Source: an uncultured delta proteobacterium (lineage in GTDB: Bacteria > Myxococcota_A > Polyangia > Fen-1088). From it: a stretch of 64,000 bases of DNA. A model generated the notes under the pieces. That model saw only the letters and a program-made list of their open reading frames with translations, made no database searches and had not been told where the DNA came from. Position numbers and translations under genes: made by a program. Location of the stretch: contig CAWCMR010000025.1 in NCBI GenBank assembly GCA_963796685.1, forward strand, positions 128,001-192,000, given 5' to 3'. Below, piece by piece: positions 30,083 to 38,454 of this stretch. The number at the start of each line of letters is the position of its first letter. Position 1 is the stretch's first letter.

Positions 30083-31591
30083 AGCGCGTATTGCCAACGG
30101 GCGCGATCCTCATCACCTTGGTGGGTTGTTCGCGTGGCAATCTCGACGTGATCGAACGGCTGCCATCTTCGGACGGCGGCGGCAGCATCGAGTATGACGG
30201 CGCCGCGTCGGCGCTGGACTCGGCCATAGACGCGGGCTCACCGCCCAGTCTCGAAGACTTGCAGCGAGCGTACGTCGACCTGCGGTTTGGAATGCTCCTC
30301 CATTTCGGAATCCTCACCTACACGGGCAATTGGGCGGATGCCAACCTCCCCATTGACCAGTTCAATCCCACCAAGCTCGACGCCACCCAGTGGGCCGATG
30401 CCGCAGTAGCCGCGAACATGAAGTACGCCATCCTGAGCGTCCGCCACATCGATGGATTCGCGCTCTGGAACACGGCAACCACCAACTTCGACGTGGGCGC
30501 CATCAGCTGGAGAAACGGCAAGGGAGACGTGGTACGTGAATTCGTCGATGCCTTCCGCTCCCGCGGGCTCAAGGTCGGATTCTTGTACCCCATGTGGGAC
30601 GCCACCCAAGGACTGGGCAACAGCGGCGTGGGCAACACCACCATCACGCGTCCCCAGATTGAATACCTGAAGGCTCAGCTCACGGAATTGTTGTCGAACT
30701 ACGGCACGATCTCGTTTCTCCATTTCACGGCCTGGGCCTGGCAGATGGGCCACAATGCCGTGCCCTACCAAGAAATTCGGGAGCTCGTGAAGTCCCTGCA
30801 GCCAACCTGTCTCATTTTCGACCAGACACAACTGATGAACCTGTGGGATGTGGACGCGACGGTCTACGAAGAATCATGGGGCATTACCCCATCCGCCGAC
30901 AACACATTGCCCTCGACCGAGATGCAGAAGATCAACAGCAGCGGCGGAAACAACTGGTTTTGGGCTCCGGACATCGGCGGGCTGATGACCGCGACCGATA
31001 TTGCCCAGAACCTGCAGACGCTCGAAGGGCGTTGGACGAATTTTCTGCTGAACGTTCCGCCCAACCGCGATGGCCTCCTGGACCCCTCGATGGTCGCCAT
31101 CCTGGCCCAGGTCGGCTCGCTGTGGAATCCCGACCTCTCGCGCAAACCCTTGCCGGCGCAAGGCCCACAGAATGAGTACCCATACACACCGGTAAGCGCC
31201 AGCGCCACGAGCGGCAATGCAGCCAACGCGATCGACGGCGTCGACACCTACAACGGCTATTCGGTCTGGCAGTCGTCGGGCCCCCTGCCGCAGTCGATCA
31301 CCCTCGACCTAGGCGTCGAGCGCCCGGATGTTGGAACCCTCACCTACGTGCCACTCTACGCCGGTAGGGAATCCCCCAGTACCGACGGCGCGATCACCTC
31401 CTATGCCATTCTCACCAGCGGAAACGACAACAACTTCACGGTGGCGACGACCGGAACCTGGCCGTCGAGCACGGCGATGAAGACCGCCGTCTTTGGCCCC
31501 GTGGCGGCCCGCTACGTTCGGCTGGAGGCACGGGCAGCCACTGGGAATAACGCAGACTGCCACCGAGATCACCGTAGGCGCTCGACGCTGA
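30079..31591 (+). CDS. GH29 fucosidase-fold lipoprotein with F5/8 (CBM32-like) domain, predicted inactive; +1 frameshift near 31555 in the last codons
   Basis: LVGC lipobox; LRFGMLLHFG, FNPTKLDATQW, QLTELLSNYG, LLNVPPNRDGLL; HFTAW where W(F/L)DG is expected; SITLDLG...ARYVRL. Confidence 0.8.
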
Positions 31592-31637
31592 CTCGACGCC
31601 TCGACGCACCAGACAATGACCTGGCGCCGTTCCACGT

Positions 31638-31670
31638 TTTCCCGAGGCTTTCCCGAGGCTTTCCCGAGGA
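31638..31670 (+). repeat. Three direct 11-bp repeats just upstream of an ECF promoter
   Basis: tttcccgaggc tttcccgaggc tttcccgagga. Confidence 0.85.
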
Positions 31671-31673
31671 TCC

Positions 31674-31702
31674 TGAGCCGAAATGGCCGTCAGCCGGAAC
31701 TG
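31674..31702 (+). promoter_or_regulatory. Putative ECF promoter (GAACTG class)
   Basis: TGAGCC-N17-GAACTG. Confidence 0.65.
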
Positions 31703-31729
31703 TTACGCCGAGGAGTTTATCTTTCGCTC

Positions 31730-33016
31730 ATGCCTACCACAACACTTCACGTAGACTGCGCGAGTGCAGAATACTGGGCCGAAAACCCGCGGAGGCACGT
31801 CTTGACACGAAGCTCGCAGATCCGTTGTCTTCTTTCCCTCGCCATCTCACTTGGCGCTGTCGCATGTTCATCGAATGCCCCGCCCCAGAGCGGAGCTGGC
31901 GGCCAAGGCGCGGGTGGTTCGGCGGCAAGCGGCGGCAAGACCGGTAGCGGCGGCGCCAACTCTGGCGGTACGGGTGGAACCAGCTCGGCGACAGGCGGCA
32001 GCTCGGCGACAGGCGGCAGCTCGGCGACGGGTGGCAGCTCCGCGACGGGTGGCAGCTCCGCGATGGGCGGCAGCTCCACCGGTTCGACCGGAGGCGTGGC
32101 CGGCACCGGCGGGTCTGGTGGCAAAGGCGGAACCACCAGCGCTGCGGGCGGCGCCGGTGGCACCGCGACCGGGGGAGTAGGCGGAAGCGCGGGCTCGACG
32201 GCGACTGGCGGCACAGGACCGGCCTCGGGTGGGGCTTCCGGCGCGGACGCCGGCCGCGACGGGGCGGCGCCTGGCACCGGTGGCCGGGGCAGTGGCGGCT
32301 CCGCAGGACAGGGTGGTGGCACTGGCGGACAATCGAACCCCGATGGATCGGTGGGTGGCAGTGGCGGTTCCATCGCCTACAACCCCTGCAAGGCCAGTCC
32401 CTGCGTCATCCTGCCGCTCGGGGACTCCATCACCCATGGCTACAATTCGAGCGACGACGCCGGCTACCGCTCGGCGCTTTTCAAGCTGGTCGTCGCGGCG
32501 AACCAGAATGTCACGTTCATTGGTTCGCTGAGCAATGGTCCAAGCACCGTGTCGGGCAAGACGTTCCCCAAGAATCACGAGGGGCACGATGGAATTACGG
32601 TCACTGGCATCACAGGCTACGTCCCGCCCGCCAAGGCCTTCACCGCGACACCCCACATTGTGTTGTTGCACATCGGAACCAACGACATAACCAACAACGC
32701 CGATCCTTCGACCATCGCAAGCCAGCTCGACGTTCTGGTAGGCGATCTCGTCAAGGCTGCACCCGATGCACTCATCGTGGTCGCGAAGATAGTACCGCTC
32801 GGCTACACCAGCACGACCTACAACAACTACATCGCCAAAATCCCGGGCGTTGTCAGCGGACATGCTGCCAACAACGAGCATGTCGTCATGGTCGACATGA
32901 GCACGCTGCCGACCTCCGATATCCGGGGCAGCGGCAACGTGCACCCGACCGATCAGGGATACGCGGATATGGCGAACCTCTGGTACCAGGCCGTCAAAGG
33001 CTACTTGCCGAACTGA
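31730..33016 (+). CDS. SGNH/GDSL esterase (CE3-like), lipoprotein with Gly-rich linker
   Basis: AVAC lipobox; LPLGDSIT, HEGHDG, LLHIGTND, VHPTDQGY; start may be TTG 31802 after GGAGG. Confidence 0.85.
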   Translation: MPTTTLHVDCASAEYWAENPRRHVLTRSSQIRCLLSLAISLGAVACSSNAPPQSGAGGQGAGGSAASGGKTGSGGANSGGTGGTSSATGGSSATGGSSATGGSSATGGSSAMGGSSTGSTGGVAGTGGSGGKGGTTSAAGGAGGTATGGVGGSAGSTATGGTGPASGGASGADAGRDGAAPGTGGRGSGGSAGQGGGTGGQSNPDGSVGGSGGSIAYNPCKASPCVILPLGDSITHGYNSSDDAGYRSALFKLVVAANQNVTFIGSLSNGPSTVSGKTFPKNHEGHDGITVTGITGYVPPAKAFTATPHIVLLHIGTNDITNNADPSTIASQLDVLVGDLVKAAPDALIVVAKIVPLGYTSTTYNNYIAKIPGVVSGHAANNEHVVMVDMSTLPTSDIRGSGNVHPTDQGYADMANLWYQAVKGYLPN

Positions 33017-33102
33017 CCTCCGTCTGGCCTAAACGCCTGAACTGCAGCTGATCACCAATGATCAGGTCAGTAGCGGTCACGGTATCGTGGCACTGCCGGC
33101 CA

Positions 33103-34461
33103 CTATGGCAGAGCATATTTCTTGAGCACCGGCCAAGAGACACTGGCATTGCCGGGATCGTGACCGCCGCCCTGTTTGGTGCACAACGTGACCTGAATGC
33201 CACCTGCGCAGGACGCATAGGTCGAGCAGCCGTTGCTGTCTTCGGCCGAAGGGGATCCCGTGCACTGGTTAATCTCGGCCCACGTCTGGAAGGTCGCCTG
33301 CGCTCCGATGTTGGTCAACGAGCCAATCGAGCCGCCGGCATAGGGCACAGCGGTATCGGCCGTTCCGCGGAAGGTGAACACGGTGATCGGGCGAACGGGC
33401 TTGCAGCCGGCCACGTTGTCCTTGACGAGGTCGGCAGCAGCGGGCGAAGCTGCAGCGAAGACATCGGCCGCCTGGCAGGCCAGGACGTGGACCATGCCGC
33501 CGCCGAGCGAATAGCCGACCGCGTACACCCGCTTCGGGTCGATGCACGCCAGCTTCTCCACGTCTTGCACCAGCGCCTTGGCGAACGCGACGTCGTCGGT
33601 GCTCGTGCAGCATGGCCCCAAGTTCCAGCCTGTTCCGTTGGTGCCGTTCGCGCCATCGGGATAGGCGGAAATGACGCCTTCGGGGTCGATGACCGCCTTG
33701 TAGGGGTTCGACCCCGCTTCACTGGTGCCATTGCCACCGAGACCATGGAAATCGACCACGAGTGGCGCCGGTTTCGTGCCGTCGTATTTGGTTGGAACGT
33801 GCAAGTAGTAGGTACGACTGGTTGAGCCAACCAGGACGGTCTTCTTGCCCTCGCTGGGTTTCGCCGCACCGGCGGGGCAAGTTGCTGATCCGCCGGTTCC
33901 CCCGCTGCCTGTTGTTCCCCCGCTGGCAACGCCGCCCGAGCCCGCAACGCTAGCGTCCCCAATCGTGCCGCCAGTACCTATTCCGCCAGCCATGCCCCCG
34001 CTGGCAACGCCACCCGAGCCCGCAGCGTCCCCGGTGGTACCGCCGCTGCTCCCGGTCGAGCCACCAAGCATCGACGAGCCGCCCGTCGCAGGAGCGCCGC
34101 CCATCCCCGTCCGGCCACCTGTTGCTGATCCTCCCGTGCCATGGGTGCCACCTGTATCGGTGGAGGCAATGCTTCCGCCCAACCCGGCGACGGTCGCGCC
34201 CCCCGAGCCCTGCGCTCCGGCGCTGCCCTTGGCCCCTCCCGAGCTTGCCGCACTACCATCATTTCCGCCGGAGCCGCCGGAAGCGGCTCCGCCAGTGGAT
34301 TGGCCACCTCCAGTGCCAACGTTTGCCACAGTCGTGCCACCACTACCCGAACTGCCACCCGAGCCGCTGATCCCGTTGCCCGATTGGCCGCACGCGACCA
34401 TGCCCCAAGCAGCAAGGCCGACCAGCAAGGCCATCTCGGACAACGTCTGGAGTTTTTTCAT
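33103..34461 (-). CDS. LpqC/PHB-depolymerase-type esterase, lipoprotein with Gly-rich linker
   Basis: MVAC lipobox; DFHGLGG, GYSLGG, GTADTAVPY, GGGH (intact triad). Confidence 0.85.
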   Translation of the reverse strand: MKKLQTLSEMALLVGLAAWGMVACGQSGNGISGSGGSSGSGGTTVANVGTGGGQSTGGAASGGSGGNDGSAASSGGAKGSAGAQGSGGATVAGLGGSIASTDTGGTHGTGGSATGGRTGMGGAPATGGSSMLGGSTGSSGGTTGDAAGSGGVASGGMAGGIGTGGTIGDASVAGSGGVASGGTTGSGGTGGSATCPAGAAKPSEGKKTVLVGSTSRTYYLHVPTKYDGTKPAPLVVDFHGLGGNGTSEAGSNPYKAVIDPEGVISAYPDGANGTNGTGWNLGPCCTSTDDVAFAKALVQDVEKLACIDPKRVYAVGYSLGGGMVHVLACQAADVFAAASPAAADLVKDNVAGCKPVRPITVFTFRGTADTAVPYAGGSIGSLTNIGAQATFQTWAEINQCTGSPSAEDSNGCSTYASCAGGIQVTLCTKQGGGHDPGNASVSWPVLKKYALP

Positions 34462-34476
34462 GCGCGAACGACAGCC

Positions 34477-35802
34477 CTAGAATGGCGACAGGAAGGACCA
34501 CACTTCCGCTGGCATCCAAGTTTTCGATTGCCCCGAATCGGTTGGCTGAAAGCCGTGGCCGCCATCGTAGGAGCACCAGACCACCGGGTATGCAGTGGGA
34601 CAGCCCTTGTAGTTCGTGCAGATGTGGCCGCCCTTGGGCGCGGTGGGCAGGTTCTCGATGGTGCAGCCATCGGCCGTGGCGAACCGGTCGGTTTGGGTTG
34701 CCTGCGAATTTCCTGCGACATCCGACAGGCCGAGCGAGCCGAGGTAGGCGACCGGCGAGCAACTGGAGGGGATGGGACTTACGCCACCGCCCGAGTGACC
34801 GACCACGGCGCGGTAGACCCCTGGGCGCGAACAGGTGATCACCCAAGCCATGGCCCCGCCCATGCTGAATCCCTCCATCATGACCCGCGAGGTGTCGATG
34901 CACAGCTCGCTCTCGACCTGCTTCAACACCGCGTCGGCGTAGGTCAGGTCCGTGGTGGCATCCCAAGCTCCGCTGACGCCGTGGAGGGTCACGAAAATCG
35001 TGGTGTTGTTCGAAAGGCTCCACAGCCCGAAGTTGTCCTTACCGTTTTCCGAAAGGTCGCCACCGTACCCGTGCAGACCGATGTGAAGCCGGTAGGGTGT
35101 GTCGTTCTTGTAGTCGCTGGGCCAGCGCACGAGGAAATCGCGGCTTGCGCCGCCCACCGAGATGGTGTTGACGGGGGTCGCCGCCCCTACGGTCGCGCTC
35201 TTCAGCGTGGAGGGCGTCTTGCCGCACCCGGCGCTCGGGACTGCGCTCCCACTGCCACCATCGGTCGCGCTGCCACTGCTCCCGCCGGAGCCGTGACCAC
35301 CAGCCCCACCGGCCGCGCTCCCGCCACTGCCAAGACCGCCGTCTCTGAAGCTCGACCCACCTGCTCCGCTCGAACCGCCGTTTCCCGTGGCGCCGCCGGT
35401 CTCGCCGGAGCCGCCGGTCGAGAGGATGCCGCCGCTTCCGCTCTTACCGCCAGTTCCCGTGGTGCCGCCCATGCCCGTAGTGCCTCCCGTGCCCGTGGCG
35501 CCGCCTGTGCCGCTCTTGCCGCCCACGCCGGTAGCGCCGCCCGTGCCAACCATTCCTCCCGAGGCGGCGCTTCCGCCAGACGAAGTCGAAGTTCCCCCGC
35601 TCGCCGTCGTGCCGCCCGAGACCGTCGCCCCTCCCGAACCTGTCGCGTGCGATCCTCCGGTCCCTGTTCCTCCGCCGGAGTTGTTCCCACTGCAGCCGCC
35701 GCCGAGCGCGAAGCAAAAGGCCACCGCGCCAAGGGTCGGCCGCAGCCAACCCAGGCGATGGGGACAAGACCGAGGAATTGGGAAGGAGACTTGTTGTGAC
35801 AT
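34477..35802 (-). CDS. Alpha/beta-hydrolase esterase (CE1/feruloyl-esterase-like), lipoprotein
   Basis: GGGC lipobox; PSAGCGK, LHGYGG, LCIDTSR, GFSMGG, WCSYDGGH. Confidence 0.8.
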   Translation of the reverse strand: MSQQVSFPIPRSCPHRLGWLRPTLGAVAFCFALGGGCSGNNSGGGTGTGGSHATGSGGATVSGGTTASGGTSTSSGGSAASGGMVGTGGATGVGGKSGTGGATGTGGTTGMGGTTGTGGKSGSGGILSTGGSGETGGATGNGGSSGAGGSSFRDGGLGSGGSAAGGAGGHGSGGSSGSATDGGSGSAVPSAGCGKTPSTLKSATVGAATPVNTISVGGASRDFLVRWPSDYKNDTPYRLHIGLHGYGGDLSENGKDNFGLWSLSNNTTIFVTLHGVSGAWDATTDLTYADAVLKQVESELCIDTSRVMMEGFSMGGAMAWVITCSRPGVYRAVVGHSGGGVSPIPSSCSPVAYLGSLGLSDVAGNSQATQTDRFATADGCTIENLPTAPKGGHICTNYKGCPTAYPVVWCSYDGGHGFQPTDSGQSKTWMPAEVWSFLSPF

Positions 35803-35840
35803 GATGGCCTTTCCTGTATTCGGCTCCGATCAGCCTCAGA

Positions 35841-37058
35841 CTATGGCAGACCGCTGAAGAACGACCAGATGTTGGCCGTGGCGATCGCATCGACGGTGTG
35901 AGTCCAATTGCCGACGCAGTAAACGACCGGCTCGGCGCAAGCGCCGTAGCTTTGGCAACCGGTGAAGGCCGAGGTGGTCGTTTGATTGCATCCATTCTGC
36001 TTGATCCAGAAGTCCCGCGTCGGCTCGCCGCCGGCGGTTGGGGTGACCGTCGTGTCGGCGGTCCCTTGATGGATCATGATGGCGGGCATGGCGTTCTTGT
36101 CCGCGCAACTGCCAGGGCCCATGCCTTCGACGGGAGCATAGCCACGGAACCAACTGCTGTGTGCGCACGCGATGGCGTTGGTGAACATCCCGCCCATGCT
36201 GAACCCGGTAAAGAACTCCCGGCTGGTGTCGATGCAGAATCGGTTCTCGAGATCCGCCTTCAACGCCTGAATGTAGGCATAGTTCGCGTCGTTGCTTGTC
36301 CAGTTCGAGGTGATTCCGCTGCCCCACTTGGAGGTGGTGCCGGGCGCGTCGCCGTCGCCCTGCGGATACACGGTGATGGCCTTGCCGCCCGATCGCGACG
36401 TGAAGTTGTACATGCTCACCACCGAGACGTTGTTCATGTTATGGCCGTGCAAGGCGAAGACCAGCATGAGCGGCGTCTTGCCGTCGGCGCTGGTTGGAAC
36501 GTCGAGCAGGTAGTAGCGGGTCGTCCCTTGGATGTCCATGGTTTGCTGGGTCTTGGGATCAGGCCGCACGATGGCCTTGCCACATCCAGGGGACCCGACT
36601 CCACCATCCACCGATGGGACGCCGCCGGTTCCGGAGCCTCCGCCTGTGCTTCCGCCAGCAGCCGTGCTTCCACCTCGTCCGCCCGTGAAGCCCGCGTCTT
36701 GCGTGCTGGCATCTTGCGTGTTGGCGTCTTGCGCAGCGGCGTCCTGGCCACCGCCAGAGCCTCCTGCCGGGCTCCCTCCCGAACCAGGGAGCCCGCCGGT
36801 CCCGGGTGCGCCCCCGACAGCCGAGCCACCGCCCGTACCATATCGGCCGCCGCCTGCTGGCATGCCGCCTGTGGCGAAACTGCCGCCTGTGGCTCAGCTC
36901 CCCCCTGCGCCACTCTTCCCGCCGCTCCCCAAGGCGCCGCCCGTGGAAGGAAGTCCGCCCATCCCGCCGCTGCCTCCGGACGGCGCGCTGTTTCCCCCGC
37001 AGGACGGAAGGACGACCGCGAGACCAGACACGATCATCCCGAGCAAGATCCTATTCAT
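35841..37058 (-). CDS. Alpha/beta-hydrolase esterase lipoprotein with an in-frame TGA at 36894-36896 (error or pseudogene)
   Basis: MNRILLG...LPSC lipobox is in the same frame as the downstream domain (GGS*ATGGSFATGG); LHGH, GFSMGG, HQGTAD, WTH. Confidence 0.75.
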
Positions 37059-37128
37059 TCGTGAGCCTCCTGGCAGCAGCCGTCGAGAAAGTCCGTTCAT
37101 GACGTGCGATCGAGCCGCTTCGTGGGTA

Positions 37129-37157
37129 CAGTTCCCGCCGGGTGCTGTTTCGGTTCA
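37129..37157 (-). promoter_or_regulatory. Putative ECF promoter (GAACTG class) of the three-esterase unit
   Basis: Minus strand TGAACC-gaaacagcacccggcgg-GAACTG; closely resembles the 31674 site. Confidence 0.65.
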
Positions 37158-37172
37158 CATCATCGAACAAGG

Positions 37173-38171
37173 CTATCTCACCGACATCATGTCCACGGCC
37201 AGTTGGTCCGGGCCCAGGTCCACAGTCCAAACCACCTGTTTCGAGTTGGCTCGGATCTGGGTTATGGTTTCACGCGGGCCGTGCCACAGAAACCTGGGTT
37301 TGTGGCTGCTTGCCGGGACCTCGAAAAGCCCCTCGACCCGGCCGCAGTAAACGTTCCCGGCTTCGCAGATGGGCGAGCAGACAAAATCCTTGAGCCACAC
37401 GAGCTCGCTCTTGAGATCCGTGCTCAATTGCCGAATCTCGGAGCTCTCCATATCGTAGTAGACGATGTCTTCCGTGCCGGCGAGCTGCGCGGGGGTGGGA
37501 CCGGTCCTCGCGTCGCTATATTCCGGGTTGCCGCGCATCACGTGCACGCGGCCAATGCGCCAGGAATGATCCTTGGCGCGCAGTACGAAGTAGACCCAGT
37601 CGTGGATCATCTTGAGGGCGCTGATCTCGCCCGGTTCGGCCACCAGCACCCGCGGCTTTTGCCCGTCGAGCGATAGAATCCTGTAGGGGCCGTCTTCGAC
37701 CCGCTCGAGCCAGGCGATGCCCGCACCTGATGCGACGAAGTACTCCGGCTGGCTGGATAGCGCCGCCACCCGCCACACCGATGCGCCATCTTTCGAGGCA
37801 TTCCAAATCGCCCCCTTGGACCAGAAGACGATACCCGAGGCCGCCAGCACCGGACTGATTCCAAGATCGAGAGCGATTTTGACCGGAGGCTTGCCGCGCG
37901 ACAGGCGATGGATGGCGTCACGGGTAAGGAGGTACACGAGCTCGCCGTCGAGCCCGAGCCCGACCGAGTAGGCAGAAACGGGCAAGGACAGCAGACGGGT
38001 CGGTGCAACCAGCTTGGCCGGCGCCTCGTCCGAGACGGAATGGGCGGTGCTGGATACCGCCGCCACCGCCGGTGAGGTCGTGGATTCCATGGGCGTTCGA
38101 CGAGCGCTGCGGCTGCAGGCCCAAAGCAGCATGAGCGCACCAACACTGACGAGCCTCTTCGCCCTCGACAT
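37173..38171 (-). CDS. Hypothetical lipoprotein, probably beta-propeller
   Basis: LWAC lipobox; repeated short strands with VY/VFW/IAW motifs. Confidence 0.55.
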   Translation of the reverse strand: MSRAKRLVSVGALMLLWACSRSARRTPMESTTSPAVAAVSSTAHSVSDEAPAKLVAPTRLLSLPVSAYSVGLGLDGELVYLLTRDAIHRLSRGKPPVKIALDLGISPVLAASGIVFWSKGAIWNASKDGASVWRVAALSSQPEYFVASGAGIAWLERVEDGPYRILSLDGQKPRVLVAEPGEISALKMIHDWVYFVLRAKDHSWRIGRVHVMRGNPEYSDARTGPTPAQLAGTEDIVYYDMESSEIRQLSTDLKSELVWLKDFVCSPICEAGNVYCGRVEGLFEVPASSHKPRFLWHGPRETITQIRANSKQVVWTVDLGPDQLAVDMMSVR

Positions 38172-38454
38172 GGAAGCTGCGGGAGTATGCGCCGCCCGCG
38201 CGCCCCGATGCAAGCAAGCGCGAAGGACAAGGACCGCGGTGCACACACATCTTTCGCGAACCAACGAGACGGAATTCGATTGCCCATGCCACTGCTAGTT
38301 CTTCCCTGCGATGCTTTGGGACGGATCTGTCGCTGGGCATCACTCGCGTATCGACTCGAAGGACACGAAAGGTGCTATCTTCTACCAAAGCGCAAACCGT
38401 ACGACTCCTGCAGGGTCTTTGTCCAACCACTCGTGGCTATCAAGGCACGTTGAC

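Noticed and set aside
31592-31947. C-terminal extension of the GH29 ORF overlapping the SGNH gene
   Set aside because: Artefact of the frameshift near 31555; the shifted frame ends ATEITVGARR-stop at 31591.
36894-36896. Selenocysteine or programmed readthrough at the in-frame TGA
   Set aside because: It lies in a low-complexity linker at a non-catalytic position; a point error or mutation is simpler.
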